Below, in pieces: positions 9,833 to 18,910 of a stretch of DNA of 64,000 nucleotides. Origin of the DNA: an uncultured bacterium (GTDB lineage: Bacteria > Desulfobacterota_D > UBA1144 > Nemesobacterales > UBA2774); assembly GCA_963825135.1 (NCBI GenBank), contig CAWGRW010000009.1:544001-608000 (forward strand), in the 5' to 3' direction. The stretch's first letter is position 1; every line of letters starts with the position of its first letter. A program made the translations under genes and the position numbers. The notes under the pieces are model-generated. The model searched no databases and was not told the origin of the DNA. It saw nothing but the letters and a program-made list of their open reading frames with translations.

Positions 9833-9950
9833 AACGTATACTTGCAATAATTCTAATAATCAAGGATTATTATGGTAGAGCTATAAACAAATATATTAAC
9901 AATGTTAAAGAACAATGCTAAAATAATTTTTTGAGAGGGGGATCCGAATA

Positions 9951-12707
9951 ATGGGGATAATAATCCGAGAATCGAAAGAACGGAGAAGGCATGAAAGAAT
10001 CCCTGTGGATTTTCATGTCTATTCGAAAAATTCCGGCAAGAAGATCGGGCAGGCGAAAGACCTCTCGTATAAAGGGCTATTCATACAAACTGAAGACGAG
10101 TTCAAGCCGGGAACTAAGCTCCTTCTCGAGTGTGATTTATCAGGCACGTTTCCCATCAAGGCCTACTGTGAAGTAAAGAGGCACGAAACAAACGGTACCG
10201 GCGAGCACGGTATCGGGGTCGAATTCATAAACATATACGATTCGGACAGGACGAAGTTAGAGAGCTATATCGAGAAAAGTAAAAATACCCTCAACTCCGA
10301 CGACTATTATCTATCCGACTTCGCGGACATCCCGGACGAGGACCTCTTTAAAAAGGCCGAAGTATTCTGGCAATACGGACTGGACATGGCGTCGAAGGGA
10401 TACATCAGATACAGAAGACCCCTGGCGTCGCCCTCGGCGCACAGAGTGATCATCGACGACGACTTCACCGGAAAGAAAAAAGAGATGATCATGATGGGCA
10501 GCAACAACTACCTCGGGCTCACATCCCATCCGAGGGTTATGAAAATAGCCAAAGAAAATATCGATAAATACGGCGCAGGCGCAGGCTCGGTGCCGCTCCT
10601 GGCCGGGTCGTTCGACATACACAGGCGGCTGGAGATGAAGCTGGCCGAGCTCAAGGGCGCAGAGGACGCGATAATCTTTCCGAGCGGATACGTTACGAAC
10701 CTCGGATGCATACAGGCGCTTGTTAAAAATGAGGACCTCGCGGTCATAGACAGGCTCGCCCACGCGAGCATCATCGACGGCTGTATGCTGTCCTCAGGCA
10801 CATTCAGGACATTCAAGCACTCGGACGTCCGGAGCCTCGAAAACGTATTAAAAAGAAATAGAGACAATTTTAAAGGAAGGATAGTTATAGTCGACGGCGT
10901 ATACAGCATGGACGGGGACATAGCCCCTCTCAGGCAGATCGCCGAGACGGCCCACAGGTACGGCGCCAAGGTTATGGTGGACGAGGCTCACGCCACAGGT
11001 GTCATTGGGGACAGGGGCAAGGGAACTCCCAGCCATTTTAAAATGAAGCCCGGAGAGATAGATATCGTTATGGGCACGCTGAGCAAATCCCTGGGCGGCG
11101 TCGGCGGATTCATAGCTTCGACGAAAGAAGTAGTGAGCTACCTGAGGTACTACACCAGGTCCTTTTTCTTCTCGTCCAATTTCCCCCCTTCCGTCGCGGC
11201 CTCGGTACTGGCCGCGATCGAGGTAATGGAAACGGATAAATCCATCCACGAAAACCTCTGGAAGAATATCAAGCACATGAAGGAAAACCTGAAATCAATG
11301 GGATTCAACACGGGGCAGACCGAGTCGGCGATCATCCCCGTTATGACCGGCGACGAGCTCACCCAGAAAAAGATGAGCAGGAGGTTCCATGAAGAGGGGA
11401 TATACGTAAACGCGATACCTCATCCCGCCGTGCCGAAAGGACATGAAAGGTTCAGGTTCAGCCTAATGGCCACACACACGCGCGAAGACATCGACAAGAC
11501 GCTCGAGGTTGTTGAAAAACTGGGAAGGGAATTCGGTATCATCGACAGACCGGTCTCTCTCTACGTGTCTGAAAATGACAAATACACCGTGAGAGAAATA
11601 TCTACCAAAGAGGAGATCGAAAAATCTGTCAGGTTCTCGTGGGGAGTGTACAAGGATTATCCCGCGTGGGTGCCTTACTTCCTGATAAAAGATCAGGTTA
11701 AGCTCGTTTCGAACGACTACTTCTACTTCAGAAAGGTCTACGGGAAGCGGTTCGTTGTGGAGGAAAAAGGAGAGATAGCGGGAACCGTAAGTGCGTTTAT
11801 CGACAATTACTACAACCGTTATCACGATACCAACGCAGGGTTCCTCGGGTTTTTCGAGGCCCTCCCTGAAAAACAGGAAGCTGTGGGACTGATGCTGAAG
11901 AAGGCGGAAGATTTCCTCACCGGCAACGGATGTACCGAGCTGCAAGGACCCGTGAACGGGATATTCGGTCTCTTCGGCGGCGGCCTGCTCTCGAGCAACT
12001 ACGGGAAGATACCGTCCTTCCTCCAGGTATACACCCAGCCCTACTACCACGACTATTTCACAAACGCGGGGTTCGGGCCGGTGAAAAAGCTCCTGCACTA
12101 CACTATAGACCTTAAATCGCCCGAGAACGTGGAAGCGATAATGAAATACTCTCGGGAATCGGCGCTGCAGGATATAAAGATAAGGCGAATGAACAAATCC
12201 GACTGGGAGAACGAGGTGAGGAGCGTGGTCAGGATTTTCAACAATTCCCTCGCTCAGCTCTGGGGCAATGTCCCGTTTGACGCCGACGAGTTCATAGAGA
12301 TCGCGGATGAATTCAAGAGCCTTATAGTTCCCGAATACTGGCTAATCGCGGAATCGGCCGGCGAAGCTATAGGCTTCATAGGGGGATTCCCCCAGTACGC
12401 TTCCGTATTCAGGGGCTTAAACGGGGAGATCAAGCCCCACAAGCTGGTGACGCTGCCCCTCCGGCTAAGAGGCATCAAGGAAGGCGTGTTAATGATCATG
12501 GGCCTCATGGACGAATTTAAGGGAAGGAGAATCGGCACCCTCCTCCTCAGCAGAGTCTGCGAGGCGATGATCGGGAACGGGTACGAAAAGGTAGCCGGCA
12601 CATGGGTTCTGGAAGATAACCTGGGCTCGCGGCGTATCGTGGAGAACCTGGGCGGCAAGGTAGATCTATACTGGGATATGTATTCGAAAACACCTGTTAC
12701 AGGCTGA
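9951..12707 (+). CDS. Fusion: PilZ + PLP-dependent alpha-oxoamine synthase (serine palmitoyltransferase-like) + YghO/bacterial ceramide synthase-like GNAT
   Basis: PilZ: RRHER (RxxxR, aa12-16) and DLSYKG (aa37-42). AOS: GSNNYLGL, AHASIIDG, DGVYSMDGD, DEAH, GTLSKS (K379), PAVP..ERFRFS. C-terminal part: VYKDYPAWVP, GFLGFFEA, LQGPVN, PYYHDYF, WVLEDN. Confidence 0.85.
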   Translation: MGIIIRESKERRRHERIPVDFHVYSKNSGKKIGQAKDLSYKGLFIQTEDEFKPGTKLLLECDLSGTFPIKAYCEVKRHETNGTGEHGIGVEFINIYDSDRTKLESYIEKSKNTLNSDDYYLSDFADIPDEDLFKKAEVFWQYGLDMASKGYIRYRRPLASPSAHRVIIDDDFTGKKKEMIMMGSNNYLGLTSHPRVMKIAKENIDKYGAGAGSVPLLAGSFDIHRRLEMKLAELKGAEDAIIFPSGYVTNLGCIQALVKNEDLAVIDRLAHASIIDGCMLSSGTFRTFKHSDVRSLENVLKRNRDNFKGRIVIVDGVYSMDGDIAPLRQIAETAHRYGAKVMVDEAHATGVIGDRGKGTPSHFKMKPGEIDIVMGTLSKSLGGVGGFIASTKEVVSYLRYYTRSFFFSSNFPPSVAASVLAAIEVMETDKSIHENLWKNIKHMKENLKSMGFNTGQTESAIIPVMTGDELTQKKMSRRFHEEGIYVNAIPHPAVPKGHERFRFSLMATHTREDIDKTLEVVEKLGREFGIIDRPVSLYVSENDKYTVREISTKEEIEKSVRFSWGVYKDYPAWVPYFLIKDQVKLVSNDYFYFRKVYGKRFVVEEKGEIAGTVSAFIDNYYNRYHDTNAGFLGFFEALPEKQEAVGLMLKKAEDFLTGNGCTELQGPVNGIFGLFGGGLLSSNYGKIPSFLQVYTQPYYHDYFTNAGFGPVKKLLHYTIDLKSPENVEAIMKYSRESALQDIKIRRMNKSDWENEVRSVVRIFNNSLAQLWGNVPFDADEFIEIADEFKSLIVPEYWLIAESAGEAIGFIGGFPQYASVFRGLNGEIKPHKLVTLPLRLRGIKEGVLMIMGLMDEFKGRRIGTLLLSRVCEAMIGNGYEKVAGTWVLEDNLGSRRIVENLGGKVDLYWDMYSKTPVTG

Positions 12708-12714
12708 TCTGATA

Positions 12715-15288
12715 ATGAATGAGAAACAGCTGACTATGCCGAAATACGGCACTGCGAACATACAGAAATCTGTATTCAGCATAGTTATATTTATTTTGCT
12801 GTTGTTTTGCATAGCAAACTTCGTTTTAGGCCTGAACTGGACAAATAAACCATATCCGGGATTTTTCTTCTATAGAAACCTCGTAATAACCGATATCTCT
12901 CCGAAGACAGTTGACGGAGATTCACTAAAAAGATTCAAAGACCAGATAAAGAAAGTTAATGGCATACCGGTCACAACACCGGGCGATGTATTCAACATAT
13001 TAGACGATCTCCCTGTAGGCACCGAGGTGGACTACACGATAGCGAGAAACAGCGGGACTTTCGATCTAAGAATCCCTATTGAGAGGTTCAGTTTAAAAGA
13101 ACTGCTCGTTATGTTCGGAATCGGATATGTAATCGGCATTGTCTTCCTCGCTATCGGCGTACTCGTCCTGTACAAGAAACCGAACATAAAGGCGAGTAAA
13201 GCGTTCTTCATATTCTGCGTGTCTATTTGTATATGGTTTGTTGGCTCGTTCGACGCGCAGGCCATCTATTTCTTCGACCAGCTGACTTTCTTCTCCTGGA
13301 TCTTCAGTCCGCTCTTCGGCATTTATCTGATGTTCATTTTTCCTTCTGATGCGCAGGTAAACGGAGTGACGCACACCGTCACTTCAATCCTGTTTTTATT
13401 TATCTCGGCAATGCTATTCGTCCTCCAATTCATCTTCTTCTACAACTATGAAATATGGAAATATGTCAATACCATAAGCTGGATTTACGTAGTCCTGAGC
13501 ACCATGATTTTCCCCATCTCTTCGCTCGTGACCTACATGCATCCGTCGTCGGCGCTTGAAAAACAACGCGCACAGATAATCTTGCTCGGCTGCATTTTCG
13601 GCCTCATCGCCCCGGCTTCGGTGGTGGCTTGCATCACGGTCTTTAAAATTAGCATGCCGTACAATCTGATGGCTCTCCCAGTGATAATATTCCCGGTGTC
13701 CATCGCATACTCCATAGTAAAACACAAGCTCTTCGACATAGACGTTATCATTGAAAAGGCGCTCACGTACGGACTCCTCACAGGAGCCGTCGGCGGCATC
13801 TTCGCCCTCACCGTGCTCGGATTCAATGTCGCATTCGCCAAATACGGGGGCTGGAAGAATCCCGCATTCTTCGTAATCCTGAGCGGGTTTCTCGTAATTG
13901 CGTTAAACCCCCTCAAAACCCGGATACAGGACCTGGTAGACCTGACCTTTTTCAGAAAGAAGTACGATTACAGGGGAACCGTCGAGGAAGTAAGCTATGC
14001 GATGACGTCCCTCCTGAGCCTCGACAAGATCATCGATAAGATCATCGATATAGTCGAAAGCACCATGTTCTCCACCCCTGTTACCGTATCCGTATACAAC
14101 CAGGACCTGGGGGCTTATGAGCGGTATTCCAAAGAGGGCGTCATCCAGAGCTCTCCCGATACGACGCTCGCGGAGGACAATATTCTCGTACAGCAGCTCA
14201 ATTTTCACGGAAACGAGATATTCAAGGAAGACCTTATAGCGGACGAGAGGTATATCCACAACTCCCAGAGACTCGTGAACGAATTCGAGAGATTCGGCGC
14301 ATCGCTCATCATTCCGCTTTTTTTCAAAAAACAACTCATCGGCTTCATAGCCCTCGGAGAAAAGAAGTCCGGACTCTCGTACACATCACGGGACGTGAAA
14401 CTCCTAAAGCTTCTCGCAAACCAGAGCGCTATAGCCATAGAAAACGCGCTCGCATTCAAGCTCGTCGAGGACTACGCCAAGAAGCTCGAAAAAACGAATA
14501 AGGAGCTCAAGGATGCGCAGATGCAGCTCGTGCATGCTGAAAAGATGTCCGCGATCGGACAGCTTGCCGCGGGCGTTGCCCACGAGATAAGGAACCCGCT
14601 GAACATCATCGAAGGCGCCAGGTACTACATCTCCACCTACATGATGGACAAAGAAAATACGGAGGTCGTCGGAGAGTACCTCGACTACATAAAACACGAG
14701 ATCGACAGGACGAACCGTCTGATAGACAGCCTGCTCAAGTTCTCAAAAGCCGAGCCGCCCTATTTCGAGAGGGTTAATATAAACAGCGTGCTCGAGAACG
14801 TCGTTATCCTCGTACGCAAGCAGCTCTCGGACAACAACATCAACCTCACCCAGAACCTGGACGAGAACATCCCTCCCATAATGGCGGACCCGAACCAGCT
14901 CTGGCAGGTATTCATAAACATTATTTTAAACGCGATACAAGCGATGCCGAAAGGCGGAGACTTCGTAATAGAGACTTCTACGCGCTGGGACGAATTCGCC
15001 AGCGGGGACTCCGGACACGTCTACATACATTTCAAAGACTCCGGAGTGGGAATAGATAAAGAAGACATGATGAGAATCTTCGATCCGTTCTTCACAAAGA
15101 AAGATATGGGGACGGGACTCGGGCTTTCGATAGCCTACAAGATCATCGAAAAGCATAAAGGAAGAATAATAGTTGAGAGCGAAAAGGGGCAAGGAACGGT
15201 ATTTACGATTGAACTTCCGTCAAATAACTATAATATTACTTCAGGAGAGGTTGATGACGAACACGAAAAAGAGGGTGCTGGTTGTTGA
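12715..15288 (+). CDS. Membrane sensor histidine kinase (TM, PDZ-like loop, multi-TM bundle, GAF, HisKA, HATPase)
   Basis: DQIKKVNGIPV...PVGTEVDYTIAR PDZ-like segment, about 9 hydrophobic helices, GAF (LIIPLF..LIGFIALGEKKSG..LANQSAIAIEN), H-box AHEIRNPL, NAIQAM, DSGVG, FFTKK, GTGLGL. Confidence 0.92.
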   Translation: MNEKQLTMPKYGTANIQKSVFSIVIFILLLFCIANFVLGLNWTNKPYPGFFFYRNLVITDISPKTVDGDSLKRFKDQIKKVNGIPVTTPGDVFNILDDLPVGTEVDYTIARNSGTFDLRIPIERFSLKELLVMFGIGYVIGIVFLAIGVLVLYKKPNIKASKAFFIFCVSICIWFVGSFDAQAIYFFDQLTFFSWIFSPLFGIYLMFIFPSDAQVNGVTHTVTSILFLFISAMLFVLQFIFFYNYEIWKYVNTISWIYVVLSTMIFPISSLVTYMHPSSALEKQRAQIILLGCIFGLIAPASVVACITVFKISMPYNLMALPVIIFPVSIAYSIVKHKLFDIDVIIEKALTYGLLTGAVGGIFALTVLGFNVAFAKYGGWKNPAFFVILSGFLVIALNPLKTRIQDLVDLTFFRKKYDYRGTVEEVSYAMTSLLSLDKIIDKIIDIVESTMFSTPVTVSVYNQDLGAYERYSKEGVIQSSPDTTLAEDNILVQQLNFHGNEIFKEDLIADERYIHNSQRLVNEFERFGASLIIPLFFKKQLIGFIALGEKKSGLSYTSRDVKLLKLLANQSAIAIENALAFKLVEDYAKKLEKTNKELKDAQMQLVHAEKMSAIGQLAAGVAHEIRNPLNIIEGARYYISTYMMDKENTEVVGEYLDYIKHEIDRTNRLIDSLLKFSKAEPPYFERVNINSVLENVVILVRKQLSDNNINLTQNLDENIPPIMADPNQLWQVFINIILNAIQAMPKGGDFVIETSTRWDEFASGDSGHVYIHFKDSGVGIDKEDMMRIFDPFFTKKDMGTGLGLSIAYKIIEKHKGRIIVESEKGQGTVFTIELPSNNYNITSGEVDDEHEKEGAGC

Positions 15289-17170
15289 CGACGAGCTCCT
15301 TATATTGAAAATCATTTCCGACATCCTGACCAAGGAGGGGTATGAAGTCGTAGTCGCCAATAACTGCGAGAAAGCGACCGAGTACCTGAGGGCGTCCAAT
15401 TTCAATGTAGTCTTGTCCGACATCAAAATGCCGGTAAAAAGCGGTATCGACCTTCTTGAGGAAATAAAGAAGAAAGACCCGAATATCCCCGTAATACTTA
15501 TGACCGGATTTGCTTCGTTGGAAACAGCGGTTGAGGCAGTACAGAACGGAGCCTTCGATTACCTCATTAAACCACTCGACTACGGGAAACTCAGGAGCGT
15601 CATAGACCACGCAGCCGATAGATTCGAACTCCACAGCGAAAACACGCGCCTGCTGAGCGATTTGAAAGAGCTGAACACGAATCTTGAATTGAAGGTCCGG
15701 GAAAGGAACAGGCAGCTTGAGAATACGCTGAATAGTACGATAGAGAGCATAATCACAACCGACAGGGACCTGATAATAGAATCAGCGAACCCGAAGACCT
15801 CGGAAATTTTCGGCAGAAGCTGCGTGGGCGAAAAACTGAGTCTCTTATTTCAGGGTGTTAATTTTGACACAATTATTCCAAACATTCTAAGCGACCCCTC
15901 ATATTCGACGAAGCACGAAATAAGATACGACAATAAGTTCCTCGAAGTTAGCCTGTCGCCCCTGATCGATTTTGAGACGAAAGAAATTTTCGGCGTGATA
16001 GCAGCGACGGAAGACATAACGGAGAAGAAGAAGCTCGAAGCGCAGCTCATACATTCCGCGAAGATGTCGGGTGTCGGCCAGCTGGCCGCCGGCGTCGCAC
16101 ACGAATTCAATAATATCTTGTCAGGCATCATAGGCTACACGAGCCTCGCGCTCACGAGGCAGGACCTGGACAGCGTCAGGAAAGACCTGAGAGTAATCGA
16201 GAAGGCCTCCGACAGGGCGGTCGAGATAGTGAACAAACTCCTTTCCTTCTCAAGACAAAAAGGGGAGAAATTCCAGGTCGCACAGATAGAGAGCATCATA
16301 GACGACGCGCTCGGACTCGTTGAGCACAACTTCGAAACGGAGGGTATAAGAATACTCAGGAGTTACGAAAAGGTCCCCGCCATCCGATTGAATCCGGGGG
16401 AGATACAGCAGGTGTTCCTGAACCTCGCGATCAACTCGAAACACGCCATGCCTAAAGGCGGAGCGATAGCGATCAGCACGAAGCTCTCCGGCAATTATGT
16501 GAGAATCGATTTCTCCGATACGGGCATTGGCGTATCACCGGAGAACCTGCCCAGGATATTCGAACCCTTTTTCACGACAAAACTGAGCGAGGGCACAAAA
16601 TCCGGCACGGGTCTCGGTCTGTCGGTAATATACGCGATCATAGAAAGACACGGCGGGCGCATCGAAGTATCGAGCGAGGTCAATAAAGGCACGACGTTCA
16701 CGATTCACCTGCCGAACATTCAGGCCATTGCCAAAACTCCCGAGATCGAGCCCGCTCAGAAAGTACAGAACGCCAAAGTAATCGAAATGAGGCGAAAAGG
16801 GAATGTCTTGATAGTCGATGACGAAGAATTCATCAGAGATATCGTAAGTGATTGCCTTTCCAGCACCGGACACAATGTTATGACGGCTGAAAGCGGCGAC
16901 CAGGCGATCGAGCTCATAAAGAGGAATCATTTCGACATCACGTTCCTCGATTTCTCCATGCCTAATAAAAGCGGTCTCGAACTTCTGAGAGAAATAAAAG
17001 TTATCGATCCCAACTCCACGGTGGTAATAATAAGCTCGAGACCGGAAGAGCAGCTCCCGGACGAGCTTTCGGACGAGGGCTCGTACAATATAATTAAGAA
17101 ACCGTTCTCGGTCGACCAGATTCAAAACGCGGTCTCCAGGGTTCTTGGGGCCGAGGCGATGAGCAGATAA
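15254..17170 (+). CDS. Hybrid sensor kinase/response regulator (REC-PAS-HisKA-HATPase-REC)
   Basis: VLVVDDE/SDIKMP/LIKP receiver, PAS-like middle, AHEFNNIL H-box, GTGLGL, second receiver IVDDE/LDFSMP/KKPF. Start set at ATG 15254 after GGAGAGG; overlaps the upstream kinase by 35 nt. Confidence 0.92.
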   Translation: MTNTKKRVLVVDDELLILKIISDILTKEGYEVVVANNCEKATEYLRASNFNVVLSDIKMPVKSGIDLLEEIKKKDPNIPVILMTGFASLETAVEAVQNGAFDYLIKPLDYGKLRSVIDHAADRFELHSENTRLLSDLKELNTNLELKVRERNRQLENTLNSTIESIITTDRDLIIESANPKTSEIFGRSCVGEKLSLLFQGVNFDTIIPNILSDPSYSTKHEIRYDNKFLEVSLSPLIDFETKEIFGVIAATEDITEKKKLEAQLIHSAKMSGVGQLAAGVAHEFNNILSGIIGYTSLALTRQDLDSVRKDLRVIEKASDRAVEIVNKLLSFSRQKGEKFQVAQIESIIDDALGLVEHNFETEGIRILRSYEKVPAIRLNPGEIQQVFLNLAINSKHAMPKGGAIAISTKLSGNYVRIDFSDTGIGVSPENLPRIFEPFFTTKLSEGTKSGTGLGLSVIYAIIERHGGRIEVSSEVNKGTTFTIHLPNIQAIAKTPEIEPAQKVQNAKVIEMRRKGNVLIVDDEEFIRDIVSDCLSSTGHNVMTAESGDQAIELIKRNHFDITFLDFSMPNKSGLELLREIKVIDPNSTVVIISSRPEEQLPDELSDEGSYNIIKKPFSVDQIQNAVSRVLGAEAMSR

Positions 17171-17186
17171 TAAAGCGCGACGGAAT

Positions 17187-17549
17187 ATGGAAGACGCTCC
17201 TTCTTTTTACTGCAAAATATTCGTAAACGAAAACGAGATATATTCGGGAGACTTCGGGGAAGTCCCCGAGAAGTTCAGGACCGGCATGGTCAGGGACCTG
17301 TCGGAATGGGCGGGATCGCTCGGCAAGAGGGGCCTGAACGAGCTCATTTATTCACACCTCGCCTGGTATGAAGAAAAGGGTCAATATTGCGAGGAGTGCG
17401 GAACGTGGAAGGCGGAAAGCGGTGTGAAAGAGTGCGGCGAGTGCGGAAAAAAGCTGAAAGAACGTTATATTTATGAGCGGGAGAAGAGGCTCGACATGAT
17501 TATCACCTGTGTGGGAATGATATCAGGAGTGCAAATTTCAGCAGCTTAG
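17187..17549 (+). CDS. Hypothetical protein with Cys4 zinc ribbon
   Basis: CEEC...CGEC; starts 16 nt after the hybrid kinase stop. Confidence 0.65.
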   Translation: MEDAPSFYCKIFVNENEIYSGDFGEVPEKFRTGMVRDLSEWAGSLGKRGLNELIYSHLAWYEEKGQYCEECGTWKAESGVKECGECGKKLKERYIYEREKRLDMIITCVGMISGVQISAA

Positions 17550-17591
17550 AACGGAAGCCTGACGACAGGCGCAATTCAATAGGGGTCGAAA

Positions 17592-17882
17592 ATGAAATTA
17601 ACAGTTAAAGGTCAGATTTTTCCCGGGGTCTGGAAGATCGCGGATAGCGTCAGGAAACTGAGAGACGACAGAAAGCCCGTTAATATAGGATCCGGGACGG
17701 TCGGATTTCCCGTCTATGAAGTGGACCTCCCGGACAATACCAGAAAAGAGGGTCTATACTTTGTGACTCCGGAGGGCACAAGACTCTACTTTAACCCTGG
17801 CGATCAGTATCAGGTCGGCTACCTGATATCCGAAACCGACAGCGACCCGCTGCGAGAAAAACATTTTAAAGGGACCGCATAA
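17592..17882 (+). CDS. Hypothetical protein (96 aa)
   Basis: AGGGG SD before ATG; fills the gap; no motif recognised. Confidence 0.6.
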   Translation: MKLTVKGQIFPGVWKIADSVRKLRDDRKPVNIGSGTVGFPVYEVDLPDNTRKEGLYFVTPEGTRLYFNPGDQYQVGYLISETDSDPLREKHFKGTA

Positions 17883-17959
17883 AGCGCGCCTTCGTCTAAA
17901 ACCCGCCCGGACGGCCTGCATTTTGACTCCCGGCAGGAGGCTATGTACTTTTAATTCCG

Positions 17960-18910
17960 ATGGAGCAGCACGACCATACTCACGAGATAAGAAACGCCAA
18001 GGAAAAAAAGGCGCTGATTATAGTGCTTATAATCACGGCGAGCTTCATGATACTGGAAGCCGCTTCCGGATTCTACACCGGAAGTCTCGCCCTCCTATCG
18101 GACGCGGCGCACATGCTCACGGACGTGTTCGCGCTGTCGATCGCTTACTTCGCCCTCTGGTTCTCCGTTAAACCGCCGACCGTCGACAAAACCTTCGGGT
18201 TCTACAGGACGGAGATTCTCGCCGCGTTCATAAACGGAATCCTTCTGTTCGTAATCTCGGCGGGCATTATCATGGAGGCCTACGAAAGGATCAAGACCCC
18301 TCAGGAGATAAAGAGCCTTGAAATGACCGCCGTGGCAGTGACGGGTCTGATACTCAACATAGGCTCGGCCTATATGTTGTCCAGATATCAGAGCACGAAC
18401 CTGAACATAAAAAGCGCTCTCTACCATGTGATAAGCGATACGCTAGGCTCGGCAGGAGCCGTGGTCGCGGGCGTGGTGATGCTTTTCACCGGATGGTATT
18501 ATGCCGACAGCATCATAAGCATCCTGGTCTCCGTCCTGATATTGAGAAGCGCATGGGTCATCATAAAGGAGTCGGTGCATATTCTCCTCGAAGGCACGCC
18601 TCGGGGCATCGACCTCGAATCCGTACAGAGCTCGATCCGCTCACACGAGGGAGTCCTCGGCGTACACGACCTGCACGCATGGACGCTCACTCAGGGATTC
18701 GAAGCGTTAAGCGCGCACCTCGTCGTCGACGACATGCACAGAAGCGAAAGCCTGATCAGCGATATACGGGATCAGCTGTACGGCAAATTCCGCATCAGCC
18801 ACGTTACGCTTCAGCTGGAGACTAAGGAGTGCTGCTCCGCGAACAACACCTGTTACGAAGACTCTCAGGGCGGGAAAGAGAACGGGGCGGTCACTCACCC
18901 TCACGGATGA
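17960..18910 (+). CDS. Cation diffusion facilitator (CzcD/ZitB-like Zn/Co/Cd efflux)
   Basis: His-rich N-terminus, SLALLSDAAHMLTD, TFGFYR.EILAA, HVISD, HDLHAW, HVTLQLE. Confidence 0.92.
   Translation: MEQHDHTHEIRNAKEKKALIIVLIITASFMILEAASGFYTGSLALLSDAAHMLTDVFALSIAYFALWFSVKPPTVDKTFGFYRTEILAAFINGILLFVISAGIIMEAYERIKTPQEIKSLEMTAVAVTGLILNIGSAYMLSRYQSTNLNIKSALYHVISDTLGSAGAVVAGVVMLFTGWYYADSIISILVSVLILRSAWVIIKESVHILLEGTPRGIDLESVQSSIRSHEGVLGVHDLHAWTLTQGFEALSAHLVVDDMHRSESLISDIRDQLYGKFRISHVTLQLETKECCSANNTCYEDSQGGKENGAVTHPHG

Noticed and set aside
10400..11540. Plain BioF or Kbl annotation for the AOS domain
   Set aside because: SKS rather than GKA at the PLP lysine, fusion to a YghO-like GNAT, and no bio or tdh genes nearby.
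15173..15253. N-terminal extension of the hybrid kinase in the ORF track
   Set aside because: Lies inside the upstream kinase; the SD supports ATG 15254.
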